Of a DNA stretch of 64,000 bases, positions 18,621 to 29,089 are shown piece by piece. The notes below the pieces were generated by a model, which searched no databases, was not told the origin of the DNA, and was given only the letters and a program-made list of their open reading frames with translations. Within the stretch, counting starts at the first letter, position 1. Every line of letters starts with the position of its first letter. This stretch comes from a virus (Duplodnaviria > Heunggongvirae > Uroviricota > Caudoviricetes): the IMG/VR virus record IMGVR_UViG_3300035660_001437; one strand, given 5' to 3'. A program made the translations under genes and the position numbers.

Positions 18621-20975
18621 TTAAAAAGCGTAGTAGTTGTCTCCGCAGTTTTTCTCTCCTGTAAAATATTCTAGTATCCTGTTTGAGACCGCTAGGAGCT
18701 GTTTGTTAACGTAATACTTCATGTCGAGGTCTCCAACGCCCTTTACTTCAGTCCAATGTTTGACTCTCTCGTAAAGCTTTTGCTTTTTCTTACCAGGAAC
18801 GACCACGTAACCGACGGTCTGGTCTTCTTCAACAAATTTCTCGGGGTCTCTTCTTGCTACTATCACGTGGCAGGAGTTTTGCTTGTAAGTATGCAAAGGC
18901 CTCCTGAGCTTTTTCCAAATAATGAAATCCTTGAGTGGGTACATGCCGGCTTTCATCGCCTTTTTGACGTTTTCGACGTAATCTCGAGCTTTTTTAATGT
19001 CCCTCTCTTTCAGTATTATCTCGAGGATTCTCATCTGCGCCCTATTCGAAATCGGCGCCCAGTCGCTCTTCGTAAATCCGGCGGTGTCGATTTCTCCGTC
19101 TTCGGTTAGGCCTGCGTAAATCTTTTTGGCTTCGGTGAAGAAGATGAGCGGGTAGAACTTGTCAAAGCCAACTTTGTAGCCCAGAACACCAGAAAGCCAC
19201 TCGGCGAACGCATCACACTCTCCTCTCGGAATTCCTGTTAGGAATGCGCTGTCCGTATCGCCATAAATCGCCTCTATTTCACTGCTCGCGTTCTCCGCTG
19301 TTTCTATCGCTTTCACGGCGCGGTTTCTGCCTTCAGAAGCAACCGCCTCTTGGGCTTCTGCGAGATACCACCTCGATTTCGGCGCTTTAAGATACCCGTA
19401 CATAGAGCGAGCAACCGTCTTCAAAGCCTGCACTTCGCCCGCGTACTTTTGCTTGTACTTTTTGTCTTTGTACCTTATCTTTGCCTCTCCAATTTTCTTC
19501 TGCAGCCTGTCCATCGAGATTTTGAACAAGCCGTCAGGCTCTTTCAAAAAGTAAAACCTTTCTCCAGCATCCGTCACAATCTCATAAAGCTCGTCTTTTT
19601 CAAAAATATGACTGTCAACTGCAATATCCTCTACGTATGTCTCATGGCTGATGTTGTTCTCAATGAGAATGAGCGGGTACATACCTTCAAAATCTACAAC
19701 TGCAACATTTTCTAGAAGACCCTTTTTCGGCTCCATGCAAATTGCGCCTGAAGTATCCGGCTGCTCTCTTGGCTCCACGTTCGGTATGACGATGTTAAGT
19801 TCGTGAGCAATCTTTATCATGAATCCTTCTACCAGAACGTGATAAGGAACCGAAAGAACCTCGTCCGGCGGCAGGTTTGTGAGCCTCGAAAGTTCCACAA
19901 TGAATGGCCACGCATACTCGAAAATGTCCATGCTCAAGCGCACGTCGCTCTCGCAGTGCTTTGTCACTTCTTCTCTTGTCTTCGGGTTGTCCCAAAGCTT
20001 TGCAATCATGTCTCTATTTATTTCATAGAACTGAGTTTTCGGCACTAATCCTGCTCTCTTCAGCTCCGCGTGCACAATCGGCTGCGTCTTCCTGCTGCCT
20101 CGCGGCATCACAAATTTAGCTACGCCGTATAGGTCTATAGTCGGACGGCCGTTTACTGCTATCGTCGACCACTCTGTCTTGTGAGGTCTTGAATAGTCAA
20201 GAGAAATTGTGCCTTTGAGGCCGTTTATTCTATATCTATCCATTATGTACTCCCAGTCGAACTCGTTGCCGTTGTAAGTCACGGTGAAAGTCGGATTTTT
20301 GTCGTTTATCGCTCCAAAAGATTGCTCTATAAGTACATCATCGTATTTGCCTTTTGTCGGTATCATCTCCAAAAGTTTTTCTTTATCTTTTCCCTCGGAG
20401 TACAGCAGCCCGAAAAGAATTATGTAATCTGTTTCAACTTCGAGATGCGCGCCGTGCGGATTATGCACTTCGATATCCAGAGCGAGCGCCGATATTTCTG
20501 GCACGGTATAATCATCTTCTATTTTCTGGACATCAGCATCTCTTATGTTGAAAAGCCTGATTTCTGAGTTTCTGGTTATCTCTTCAGCGCCTTCAATCTC
20601 ATGCCATGTGCACGGGCTGAACCCTCTTTCTTTCATATAAACTTGAGTGTAGTAAATATCCGCTTCAAAAGTTTTTACCTCTGCTCTCTCGAGAATAGTC
20701 CTGAACTTCGGGATGTCCATAGTTGCATCGTGGCCGCAAATCCTGTAAAACTTTTGCTCTTCAAGCTCGTTTACCTTTATCAATTCTTCGAAAGACGCGC
20801 CGAGCGACGTGAGTTTTTGAAAAGGTATATTATTCGCTTCTTCGCACAGCAAGAAAGGCAAAATAGAATTATCAACCAGCTCGATTATTTTATTGTCCTC
20901 ATCAAAGCCTATAAGGTGAGCAGTCTCGGTACCATATTCAACTTTACTCCAAACGTCAAAAAGCCAGAACTTCAA
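18621..20975 (-). CDS. polB: family B DNA polymerase
   Basis: Exo I LALDIEVHN (DIE), motif A VVDFEGMYPLILIENNIS (DxxxLYPS-like), motif C IYGDTDSAFL (YGDTDS), KxY motif region; 784 aa. Confidence 0.9.
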   Translation of the reverse strand: MKFWLFDVWSKVEYGTETAHLIGFDEDNKIIELVDNSILPFLLCEEANNIPFQKLTSLGASFEELIKVNELEEQKFYRICGHDATMDIPKFRTILERAEVKTFEADIYYTQVYMKERGFSPCTWHEIEGAEEITRNSEIRLFNIRDADVQKIEDDYTVPEISALALDIEVHNPHGAHLEVETDYIILFGLLYSEGKDKEKLLEMIPTKGKYDDVLIEQSFGAINDKNPTFTVTYNGNEFDWEYIMDRYRINGLKGTISLDYSRPHKTEWSTIAVNGRPTIDLYGVAKFVMPRGSRKTQPIVHAELKRAGLVPKTQFYEINRDMIAKLWDNPKTREEVTKHCESDVRLSMDIFEYAWPFIVELSRLTNLPPDEVLSVPYHVLVEGFMIKIAHELNIVIPNVEPREQPDTSGAICMEPKKGLLENVAVVDFEGMYPLILIENNISHETYVEDIAVDSHIFEKDELYEIVTDAGERFYFLKEPDGLFKISMDRLQKKIGEAKIRYKDKKYKQKYAGEVQALKTVARSMYGYLKAPKSRWYLAEAQEAVASEGRNRAVKAIETAENASSEIEAIYGDTDSAFLTGIPRGECDAFAEWLSGVLGYKVGFDKFYPLIFFTEAKKIYAGLTEDGEIDTAGFTKSDWAPISNRAQMRILEIILKERDIKKARDYVENVKKAMKAGMYPLKDFIIWKKLRRPLHTYKQNSCHVIVARRDPEKFVEEDQTVGYVVVPGKKKQKLYERVKHWTEVKGVGDLDMKYYVNKQLLAVSNRILEYFTGEKNCGDNYYAF

Positions 20976-21123
20976 ATTTCAACGTCCTCCTCGACATATT
21001 TCGCGACGATTTTATGATGTCTTAATCCGCACAAAATCAGGCCGAACAGACCGAGCCGCTTTTTGCACTTCTCGCAGAAGTAGTAAGAGTCGGTTAAAAC
21101 ACCATAAATCTTGTAATTTTGAC

Positions 21124-21405
21124 TCACTTTTCTTTCACTCCTACTTTAATAACCCCGTGCGGCGGAAACTGCTTTTTCCTTTCAGCGTAAAAGTTAATTA
21201 GCCTATTCCACTCTTCAGCGTTTTTGCCTATTCCCTGCGCCTCGAAGTCCCCTCTTATTATGCAAAGCGCGCAGTCAGGAGTCTTGCAAACAACTTCTAT
21301 GAACTTTTTCTTTTCTTCTACCCAGAAGTTTGTAGTTGGACATATTTTTTGATACTCGCACTCGCTCGGAGCAGTCATCAAACTCTCCTCGATTTCTCGC
21401 TTCAC
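21124..21405 (-). CDS. hypothetical Cys-rich protein
   Basis: 93 aa with CPTT...CKTPDCALC. Confidence 0.35.
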   Translation of the reverse strand: MKREIEESLMTAPSECEYQKICPTTNFWVEEKKKFIEVVCKTPDCALCIIRGDFEAQGIGKNAEEWNRLINFYAERKKQFPPHGVIKVGVKEK

Positions 21406-21409
21406 TATC

Positions 21410-21781
21410 TCACCTCAAATTGTCTATGATTCTGAACCACTTTTTGAAAATTCTCTTGTTTACCCAGTAAGTAATGTACGTGAGAATAAGAGCGTATAAC
21501 GGAACAAGAGTTAAGAACGCTATAACCGTCGCAATTATAGAATATGCGAAGAATGGCCCATAAAGCGTGCCGAAAGCGTTTAGCGCTCCAACCGACCTTG
21601 CAAGCATAAACATGCTTTCAACGCAGTATATCTGCAGCATCTTCTTCCATCCGATTATTGTAAGAAAGAAGCTCATGAACCACGAGCTTATAATATTGCT
21701 CACAATTGGAATACCAATCACAAACGAAAGAGCAAGGTCGAAGCCCATGACTATTCCAAATAAAGTATTTGACTTGTTCAC
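21410..21781 (-). CDS. membrane protein
   Basis: 123 aa, 3-4 TM helices. Confidence 0.4.
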   Translation of the reverse strand: MNKSNTLFGIVMGFDLALSFVIGIPIVSNIISSWFMSFFLTIIGWKKMLQIYCVESMFMLARSVGALNAFGTLYGPFFAYSIIATVIAFLTLVPLYALILTYITYWVNKRIFKKWFRIIDNLR

Positions 21782-22030
21782 TTAGACCCACTCTCTAATT
21801 ATCTTTTCCTCCTAGGTATGATGAACACGTTTGCTCTCTCATACCACCCGCCGAATCTACTGCCTATAACCCTAGCAACTTCTCTGAAGAGTTCTGCTCC
21901 TAGAAACTTTCTTAACTTGAGCACTCCATAGCCGTTTCTAGACGACACTACGAAATCTACCGGTAAAGCTTCTTCAGGCAGAGCGTTTATCACGAGCTGC
22001 TCAAAAAGCTTGTCTTCTTCTATGCTCATT

Positions 22031-22561
22031 TTATGAACCTCCGAATGCAACTAGCTGAGTGTTGTTCGAAAGATAGAGCGGGTGTTTTGGAGTGCCATCT
22101 GCATTCACGCCCAAGCACATTAGCCTGACACCTTTAAGCAGCTTTAATATTTCTTCTTGTCTATTAAAACGCTTTCCTAAAGTGCCCCACCCGACTATTA
22201 CTAAATCAGCTCTTTTACAATACCACGATATATGAAAGTCGTTATTTGGCCCGACAGGGTTTAGGCGAGAGAGCAGTACTTTTGAATCAGTTGTCCTGAA
22301 GGCAAACGCGTTAAGCATTACCAGCGTACCGCACTTTTCTCTCCTAGCGAATCCTATGCACCTTCTTACAGTCCTATCATCAAAAATCTCATCTGCGACA
22401 CTTGGATTAAGCCCTATAAACACGCACTTTGGAAGAGATTTATCCCACATTCTTCTTAGAACGTATCTGTATTTTCTGTTATCTCCTCCCCATACCGCAC
22501 CGGAATCAATTATGTCCGGTTGCAGTTTTATTTTAGCGCTTTCCGGAAGCACGGCAATCAC
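22031..22561 (-). CDS. DUF1643-family protein
   Basis: N-terminal CVFIGLNPS motif and overall length about 175 aa typical of DUF1643. Confidence 0.45.
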   Translation of the reverse strand: MIAVLPESAKIKLQPDIIDSGAVWGGDNRKYRYVLRRMWDKSLPKCVFIGLNPSVADEIFDDRTVRRCIGFARREKCGTLVMLNAFAFRTTDSKVLLSRLNPVGPNNDFHISWYCKRADLVIVGWGTLGKRFNRQEEILKLLKGVRLMCLGVNADGTPKHPLYLSNNTQLVAFGGS

Positions 22562-22927
22562 CTATTTCGGCAGCCTCTTCATAATAGCATACTTGAGCTC
22601 TTCCATGCCTATTTTTTCTACCTCCGCAACGTCAAAACCAAAGCAAAAGCAGAGCATATTAATTTGAGCTATCGAATCGGCGAGAGCCTTTTTGATTTCG
22701 GCATTATAGCCTCCAGAAAAGCTGTAATATTCCTTGTACGTCAGCGCTTTCGCCAGGCTCCCAACTTCGTCAACCACTCTCAACAGCCGCCACTTTTCGT
22801 CCTGCTGGAGGTATTTGTCCTTGAGCTGCACCCAAACCAAGCGCCACTCTTCAATTGTTGGCCTATTACTTCTTTCCAACACATTCAACCTCCTGATACA
22901 TTGGCGAGCGCATAAATATGTATGCAA
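22562..22927 (-). CDS. MazG-like nucleotide pyrophosphohydrolase (putative)
   Basis: All-alpha pattern EEW...LLRVVDEVGSLAKAL...EIKKALADSIAQINMLCFCFGFDVAEVE resembling MazG E-x2-E / E-x2-D metal-binding helices. Confidence 0.4.
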   Translation of the reverse strand: MHTYLCARQCIRRLNVLERSNRPTIEEWRLVWVQLKDKYLQQDEKWRLLRVVDEVGSLAKALTYKEYYSFSGGYNAEIKKALADSIAQINMLCFCFGFDVAEVEKIGMEELKYAIMKRLPK

Positions 22928-23103
22928 TTTTAATCAACAACAGAACTGCGAACACGGCAAAGTAGGTATCACTTTGTATAGGGACATTATTGCCAATAAA
23001 AATCTCAAATATGACAGTCGGAAAAAGCCACCATACGAAGAACGCTTCAACTATTTTGAAAATGAACTTACTTTTGTCTAGCTTCCACTTTTGAACATGC
23101 AAA

Positions 23104-24117
23104 TTAGACCTCTCCTACAGACATTTTCATGTATTTCATGAATGTGTCAAGCTCTTCTTCGTCTTTTGGAGCCCTGCCGTAGCTGTCCAGAAAAAGTCTC
23201 TTCGCGTCGTGCTTTATGAGCTTTGCGTACCGCTCTTTCAAATACTGGCGCCTTGCGTCAAACCACTCCATCCACCTCGCGTGGACTGCAGAGCTCTCTA
23301 AATTCATTAGCTGGCACAAATTCACCTTGCCGGTTCCGTATTCAATGCTGCAGTATTTGCAGCGCCACTTGAAGAACGCTTCCGGCAGGCTGCGCCAATC
23401 TCCGTTCATAAGGCCGTTGTGCAGCATATCGCCTCTTTCAACGAATAACGGCCCGAAATAATCGTCTTTCAGAGTTACTTCCCACGTGCGCTCGTTCCTT
23501 TTAATGTCTTTTTTGACAGTTGCGTCCAGCCCGGCTATCTCTGTATCAACAGTCTCTTTCGGCGGCGCCATCACGTAAACTTTTACCCTGCCGCTCCTCT
23601 TGCTGTCTCCGACAACGTACGTAATCAGCTGCAGAACTTTATCCAGCGGCGGGTATTTTCTCGGTTTCTTCTCGGAGCCGTAAAAAAGCCTCGTCGCTAT
23701 CTCGTAAATCTTGCCGCGCATTGAAATGTCTATGCTGCCTATCGAACGTCCTAGCCTGACAATTTTTTGATGGACTACGCCGTGCTCTCCCATCACGTTT
23801 TTAAGGGCGTTAACTGTGCCAATTTCGACGCCTTTTCCTCTGAGCCAGTGCCATACGCCTTCATAGTTTTCTTCGCTGTACTCTTTCATGAACACCTTGT
23901 TCGCCCAAGAGAGTCTCAAGCAATAAATCAAGTCAGTGTTGTGTATGACGAACCTTCGCTCGCTGTCCTCCCTCGAAATTCCATCGTAAATCGCTTTTCT
24001 AAAGGCCACGTCGTCAATTTCTTTAATGTCGGCGTGTTCTAAAATCCAATTCAGAATCTCGCGTTCTTCTGCGTCTAACTCTTCTCTTTCTGCTTTTCGC
24101 ACTTTCAACACACTCAT
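23104..24117 (-). CDS. hypothetical protein
   Basis: 337-aa ORF, no recognised motif. Confidence 0.45.
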   Translation of the reverse strand: MSVLKVRKAEREELDAEEREILNWILEHADIKEIDDVAFRKAIYDGISREDSERRFVIHNTDLIYCLRLSWANKVFMKEYSEENYEGVWHWLRGKGVEIGTVNALKNVMGEHGVVHQKIVRLGRSIGSIDISMRGKIYEIATRLFYGSEKKPRKYPPLDKVLQLITYVVGDSKRSGRVKVYVMAPPKETVDTEIAGLDATVKKDIKRNERTWEVTLKDDYFGPLFVERGDMLHNGLMNGDWRSLPEAFFKWRCKYCSIEYGTGKVNLCQLMNLESSAVHARWMEWFDARRQYLKERYAKLIKHDAKRLFLDSYGRAPKDEEELDTFMKYMKMSVGEV

Positions 24118-24299
24118 GAAATCCTTTTAATCTTCAACCCAAAAAACATCGCTATTTTCTTGTTTAGTTCTTTCATTCCATCGCAATCTTTCGGCGTTTG
24201 GGTCAAATCACCGAATACGTCGCACTCTGCACAATAAGCGGCGCGGCAGTCTTTCTCTTTATGTGTGTGCCCACAAATTTTGCATTTCATTTTCAACAT
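24114..24299 (-). CDS. zinc-ribbon protein
   Basis: CKICGHTH...CAECD. Confidence 0.35.
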   Translation of the reverse strand: MLKMKCKICGHTHKEKDCRAAYCAECDVFGDLTQTPKDCDGMKELNKKIAMFFGLKIKRIS

Positions 24300-24535
24300 C
24301 TCTTTTCTAACAACTTTTCCAGAATAGAAACTGCTAGTTCTATCTGCCCTTCTCTCGCGTATTCGACCAACTTCTGTGATTCTCTTCGACTAATAATTTT
24401 CTTATCAAGTGCTTTTGCTAAAACTTCTAAAAACTTTCTGTAAGTGTTGCCTTCCGGCAGCTTTGAAGCTCTGTGCCTCAAACCCCATGCTGAATGAGGC
24501 GAGTGGAAAATAAACAAAATGTCGTTCTTGTTCAA
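24293..24535 (-). CDS. hypothetical protein
   Basis: 80-aa ORF. Confidence 0.3.
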   Translation of the reverse strand: MNKNDILFIFHSPHSAWGLRHRASKLPEGNTYRKFLEVLAKALDKKIISRRESQKLVEYAREGQIELAVSILEKLLEKRC

Positions 24536-24717
24536 CTAACTTCACCTTTTCATTTCTGCTAAATTCCACGCTATTTGAGAGATACTCATAAACTTGTCAA
24601 GCTCTTTCTTGCATTTCGAACATCTCACAACCCAAATGGCATTTGGTCTTCTTGCGTAAGTTTTCTTAGCTACTGTGAAAGTTTTGTTTCCACATTCACA
24701 GATTAAGTTTTCGCTAG

Positions 24718-25662
24718 TCAAAAGTTATCCCTTCGGTGCATGTAAATTTGAGCTACAAAGCCGTACATGTGCTTCTTTTCACCCAAAGCGTAACCCGGCG
24801 GAAGATTTCCTAAAGCAGCAGCTATTATAGCTTTTTGACTCTCGCTGAACTTTGAGCCCAAAAACTCTTTCTCTATGACGTCGTATATCGCCTGCGGCGG
24901 GTTCCTGTACAATATTTCATCCAAAAGTCTTATAGCGTCCGTGAACTCGCCGTTGAAAGCAAAAGTTATCATACTACCCACCTTTTCTACATCAGCTGAA
25001 GGCAAAGACATTTCTACGTCCTCGTTGGTCACGGTTTTTCCACCCTCGCAGAGAGACTGCAGCACTTTTATCGCACGCCTCGCATCACCGTAAGAGTTGG
25101 CCGCTATTACTTGCAGCTGCTCTTCTGTAATTCTGCCAAGAGCGTTTTCAATTCTCGCAATTTTGTGGATTATGAGGAACACGTCGTTATCCGAAAGCCT
25201 GCCGAACCTCACTATGTAGCACTTGCTCGTGACGTAATCTTCCAAAGACGCAAGGTTATTGGTGGCGAGTATGAACTTGCAGTTGTAGCTGTACTTTTCA
25301 AATATCCTTCTAATTGCGTCCTGCGAATCTGATGTCAGCTTCTCACACTCGTCCAAGAAACCTATTTTAATAGGCTTGTCCATTGAGCGCGTCATCGCAA
25401 ACGGCTTGATTTCTTTTCTGACTATCGCTATGCCTCTTTCATCTGAAGCGTTCCATTCCCTAAACTCCGCGTTTACTTCTCTTGAAAGTATTTCAGCGCA
25501 GCAGCTCTTACCGCAACCAGGAGGCCCAGGAAAAATCAGGTGCGGGAAATTGCCTACTCTTCCAAACTCTCTGAGCTTGTTCACGGCCCACGTATTGCCC
25601 ATTATCTCGTCAAACGTTTGAGGCCGGTGCTTGCTATCAGCCCAATCCAAATGCTGGCTCAT
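24718..25662 (-). CDS. rfcS: replication factor C small subunit-like clamp loader ATPase
   Basis: KHRPQTFDEIMGN (RFC box II), Walker A GPPGCGKS, LNASDERGI (box IV), Walker B FLDECEKL, SDSQDAIRR (sensor 1), SKC in place of the SRC arginine finger. Confidence 0.85.
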   Translation of the reverse strand: MSQHLDWADSKHRPQTFDEIMGNTWAVNKLREFGRVGNFPHLIFPGPPGCGKSCCAEILSREVNAEFREWNASDERGIAIVRKEIKPFAMTRSMDKPIKIGFLDECEKLTSDSQDAIRRIFEKYSYNCKFILATNNLASLEDYVTSKCYIVRFGRLSDNDVFLIIHKIARIENALGRITEEQLQVIAANSYGDARRAIKVLQSLCEGGKTVTNEDVEMSLPSADVEKVGSMITFAFNGEFTDAIRLLDEILYRNPPQAIYDVIEKEFLGSKFSESQKAIIAAALGNLPPGYALGEKKHMYGFVAQIYMHRRDNF

Positions 25663-25938
25663 TTTTATTACCTCAGTTTAACAAGCATCGTCATATTCGC
25701 CCCAAGCAATCAAAACCTGCTTTTCCGCTTCTGTTAAAGGTTTCTTGCTTTTACGTTTCTTTAATTTTTCCACGGTATTATAACTCATTTCGCTTCCCCT
25801 TTGGCATCATGCCAATTTTATTCGAAATTATCGTGGAAATGTACTCCTGCAAAGTTTCTAATTCCTTGATTTCTAGTTCGCTGCTAATATACCGTAGAGA
25901 TGCTTTGTCTTTAGTTATTTCAAACAAAGCGATTTTCA

Positions 25939-26181
25939 TTATTTCGCCTTCCACCCCTCCAGAAAATCGCACAAATCTTTCACATTTGCATCGTCCGCGT
26001 ATCTGATGATAATACTGTTGTGCCCGCACTTTTCGCAATTGACTCGAGTGATAAGAATTTTTCCTATTTCCTTCCATCCGACGTGCAAGTGGCCCTGCCT
26101 GTGCCCGCAGCTCGGGCAGCACGTGCCGAGTTTCGGCATCATCAAGTCCTTGCACTCCGGCTTATGCTCTTCTGTTGCCAC
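25939..26181 (-). CDS. zinc-ribbon protein
   Basis: CPSCGHR...CEKCGH. Confidence 0.35.
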   Translation of the reverse strand: MATEEHKPECKDLMMPKLGTCCPSCGHRQGHLHVGWKEIGKILITRVNCEKCGHNSIIIRYADDANVKDLCDFLEGWKAK

Positions 26182-26182
26182 A

Positions 26183-26518
26183 TTAATCCCTTCTTCTCTT
26201 TCTTGATTCTTTATCCATTATGTCTTCCGAACGCAACTTTTCTCCCCTTTTAAGCACGTCTCCTTCAGAAAAGGCATCGCCTTTTTCAAGTTTGAGTTGA
26301 TGCAAAGCTCTTCCTCTCAAATCGCGTTCGTAGTGCGACTTTTGGACACCTGCGAGCCAATCTCTGAAAGCTTCGAACGGGATGTTCAGCTTCCACAGCA
26401 GGCCGCCTCTCTTGTAAACGGTCAGACACTTTGGGCAGTACTTGTTACGGTATTTGTGCTTTTCCGGGTTGTCGGGGAACCTATACCCGCAGTTTTCACA
26501 TTTTATTATCTCTATCAT
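26183..26518 (-). CDS. zinc-ribbon protein
   Basis: CENCGYRF...CPKC. Confidence 0.4.
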   Translation of the reverse strand: MIEIIKCENCGYRFPDNPEKHKYRNKYCPKCLTVYKRGGLLWKLNIPFEAFRDWLAGVQKSHYERDLRGRALHQLKLEKGDAFSEGDVLKRGEKLRSEDIMDKESRKRRRD

Positions 26519-26775
26519 GTTTCATCACTTTTCTCCTGACTTGTCGCGCTCGGACGCCTCCCGACTGCGCGCTGGGATACTTCGAAAAACGCAATTACAA
26601 ACGTTATAAATAAGCCGATTATGAACTTGATTACGAACAACTGGCTAAAAATATAATACGGGTCAAATAACACTCGAAACATTTCGAAAGAAAACCACCC
26701 AATTGCAAACTCACTTGTAATCGTTAAAACCCTGATTACCTTGTAGAGCATCGAAAAAAAGAACATCCAAATCAC
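26515..26775 (-). CDS. membrane protein
   Basis: 86 aa, two TM helices. Confidence 0.35.
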   Translation of the reverse strand: MIWMFFFSMLYKVIRVLTITSEFAIGWFSFEMFRVLFDPYYIFSQLFVIKFIIGLFITFVIAFFEVSQRAVGRRPSATSQEKSDET

Positions 26776-27191
26776 CTTTTTTTCACTTTTTTCAATTTAA
26801 TTTTTTGCGTGAACATGTTGACTCTGTATTTTTCAGGCTCATCGCAAGTCACGCAGCTTCGCGTCGCCTCGATTTTTGGACACTCGCTCTTAATGCAAGG
26901 AATTCTTCTCCGTAAAGAAATATCGTCAACAACGGCGTTGCAAATTACTATACCAAGCAACACCCCGGCTGCTGTAAATAGCTGAAGCCACAACAAGATA
27001 GCCATAGCCGCACCTGTATAAGCGATGCCGGCAATTATGGAAAGAACTGGATTTTTCTTGTCCAAAAACCTCCACCAACCGGTCATCTCTCTGAAAAATC
27101 TCTTGTACTTGACTCTCGCAATATAATTGAGATAAGCCAGGTACCCTTCGGCGACCACGTAAGTAGACGCAATCACAACAGATTCAAACAT
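26772..27191 (-). CDS. membrane protein with Cys cluster
   Basis: 139 aa; TM helices plus CIKSECPKIEATRSCVTCDE. Confidence 0.4.
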   Translation of the reverse strand: MFESVVIASTYVVAEGYLAYLNYIARVKYKRFFREMTGWWRFLDKKNPVLSIIAGIAYTGAAMAILLWLQLFTAAGVLLGIVICNAVVDDISLRRRIPCIKSECPKIEATRSCVTCDEPEKYRVNMFTQKIKLKKVKKR

Positions 27192-27516
27192 TCAAATCAT
27201 CCGCTCCTTGCGCAATCATTTCGAGCACTTTTTTCTCCAACTTTTCAACGGTTTCCGACTTTTCGTAAACGTTTTTGAGAATCTTCACAAGCGCATACAT
27301 TTCTTCCGCTTTCCCTCTATAAATTTTAATGGTATTTGCTCGCCACTTTTCCTGCCTCGCGAGCATAAACACATTGAAAAAAGCAATCATTTCTATCGCA
27401 GCTTTCTCATCAACACCAAATTTTTCCAAAATTTCCTTTACTGTTTCTGATGTTCTATGCCCTTCAGTATCAATACTATATTCTCCACTCAAACTTCCAA
27501 CTCTCCTTAACTCCAA
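27184..27516 (-). CDS. hypothetical protein
   Basis: 110-aa ORF. Confidence 0.35.
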   Translation of the reverse strand: MELRRVGSLSGEYSIDTEGHRTSETVKEILEKFGVDEKAAIEMIAFFNVFMLARQEKWRANTIKIYRGKAEEMYALVKILKNVYEKSETVEKLEKKVLEMIAQGADDLNV

Positions 27517-27749
27517 TTAACGGTAAATTTGTTGCCGCAGTCCTTGCACTCGTAATCGACGAACATTTCGGTTACTTCCGCTGCATATCTCCTAAGCTCT
27601 TTTACGTTGAAACTTGCGCATTTCGGGCAGGCCGGCTTTCCTTCTTTCGGTTTCTTCCCAGACCATTTGAAACGGCTGTAATGTATTTCCCATCCTCTAC
27701 TAGACATCCAATTCACCTTCTCTGTGCACCACGATAAATTTGTCATCAA
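27507..27749 (-). CDS. zinc-ribbon protein
   Basis: CPKCASFN...CKDCGNKF. Confidence 0.4.
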   Translation of the reverse strand: MMTNLSWCTEKVNWMSSRGWEIHYSRFKWSGKKPKEGKPACPKCASFNVKELRRYAAEVTEMFVDYECKDCGNKFTVNWS

Positions 27750-28209
27750 GATGTCTTTCTAAAATTGGTTTGACATCTTCCCATTTAAGCCTTCCATTCC
27801 CGCAACCAACTCTTGGAATATAAACAGGAGATGGTATAGTTGCAAATTCTTTGTCTAGCAATATAACCAACTCCCTGCACATGTGTTCTATTAAATCCAA
27901 ATCTGCCTTTTCGTACCACTTGTCTTTAACTGGAAAAGTTATCAACCTAAATCTGTGAAAATCACCGATAGTATTTTCCTCAGCTCTAATATGCTCACCT
28001 AATTCCTTTGGAAGAGATGGAAATTTCTGCTTGGCTTCTAATGCTAATCCTCTACCCATAATAGCTTCTCCATTTTTCTTAATTGAACCATTTGTTGGAA
28101 TGACAATCCAGTGTCCTTTTTCCCAGAAGTCCCAAAGGTCTCCTTGTATTTCTTTCAATCTAAAGTCACCTTTTTCATTTCCTCTGGAGGAATAAACAAC
28201 TTGTCCCAA
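27700..28209 (-). CDS. macro-domain (ADP-ribose binding/processing, Poa1p-like) protein
   Basis: VIPTNGSIKKNGEAIMGRGLALEAKQKFP resembles the macro-domain core (N..G.MG.G.A...K..FP). Confidence 0.5.
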   Translation of the reverse strand: MGQVVYSSRGNEKGDFRLKEIQGDLWDFWEKGHWIVIPTNGSIKKNGEAIMGRGLALEAKQKFPSLPKELGEHIRAEENTIGDFHRFRLITFPVKDKWYEKADLDLIEHMCRELVILLDKEFATIPSPVYIPRVGCGNGRLKWEDVKPILERHLDDKFIVVHREGELDV

Positions 28210-28451
28210 CTTTTAGGCGTTCCTGCACAAGCGCACCATCCTGTCTTCGACATTTCTTCTAATGTTCCATCATTAGGAACAAACAGAAAACTCTCAAATC
28301 CTGTCACTCCACCTTTCGTTACCTGAAACGCTAACTCACCCGGCTTTGCATATTTAGAATCATGCGATACAATTTCATATTCTACTTCAACTTGTCTTTC
28401 TTCACCTGTCCAAGCATCTGTACGAACGCCTGTAAGTTTTCCATTTCTCAT
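28155..28451 (-). CDS. hypothetical protein
   Basis: 98-aa ORF. Confidence 0.3.
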   Translation of the reverse strand: MRNGKLTGVRTDAWTGEERQVEVEYEIVSHDSKYAKPGELAFQVTKGGVTGFESFLFVPNDGTLEEMSKTGWCACAGTPKSWDKLFIPPEEMKKVTLD

Positions 28452-29089
28452 ACTTCTAACTCTCCTTCTCCCTCAAACATATTTTGAGCTAACGGTCTCA
28501 CCAACTCATACATCCTATTTGCCATTTCTCTGATTTCCCATTGTGCTTCTTTAGCACGCCTAAGTTTAAAGAAATGCCTAAGCTCACGGGTATTCATTGT
28601 AATCACGATGTTAGTTTTGCAAGCGTTTGGTAACACAAATCGTGCATCCTCTTTTGGAATACCTAAATCAACAAGCGTTTGATAAAATCCAGCTATTTTG
28701 TTCATAAAATCATCATAATCCCCACCCTTCTGCAAATAATATCGAGCAATAGATGGAGGAGTTACAAACCAATCATCTTCCTGCGTGCGAGAACTTTCGC
28801 TTGCTTTTGTTGGATTCACATGTCTTTGGCTCTGTTGAGAATAACTTGCTATCCTATGTCTTACCAGCTGATGAGTACAAGCCCTCGATATTCCCTTAAC
28901 TGAGAATGTGAATGACGCATGCTCTAGTACGCTTTCATGCCCAGACTCAATAGCCATTCTTATCATCTTTTGAACCATTTCCCCAGAAGGAGGAATCTCA
29001 AACGCAGCCTTCGTACTTTGACAACCCATCATTGCTTCAGCACAAACGTCTTCTGGATTTTGAGTATATCTCAATAATTTGACTTCCAT
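28448..29089 (-). CDS. thyX: flavin-dependent thymidylate synthase ThyX
   Basis: ThyX signature RHR-x7-S (LVRHRIASYSQQSQR) and about 210 aa length. Confidence 0.8.
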   Translation of the reverse strand: MEVKLLRYTQNPEDVCAEAMMGCQSTKAAFEIPPSGEMVQKMIRMAIESGHESVLEHASFTFSVKGISRACTHQLVRHRIASYSQQSQRHVNPTKASESSRTQEDDWFVTPPSIARYYLQKGGDYDDFMNKIAGFYQTLVDLGIPKEDARFVLPNACKTNIVITMNTRELRHFFKLRRAKEAQWEIREMANRMYELVRPLAQNMFEGEGELEV

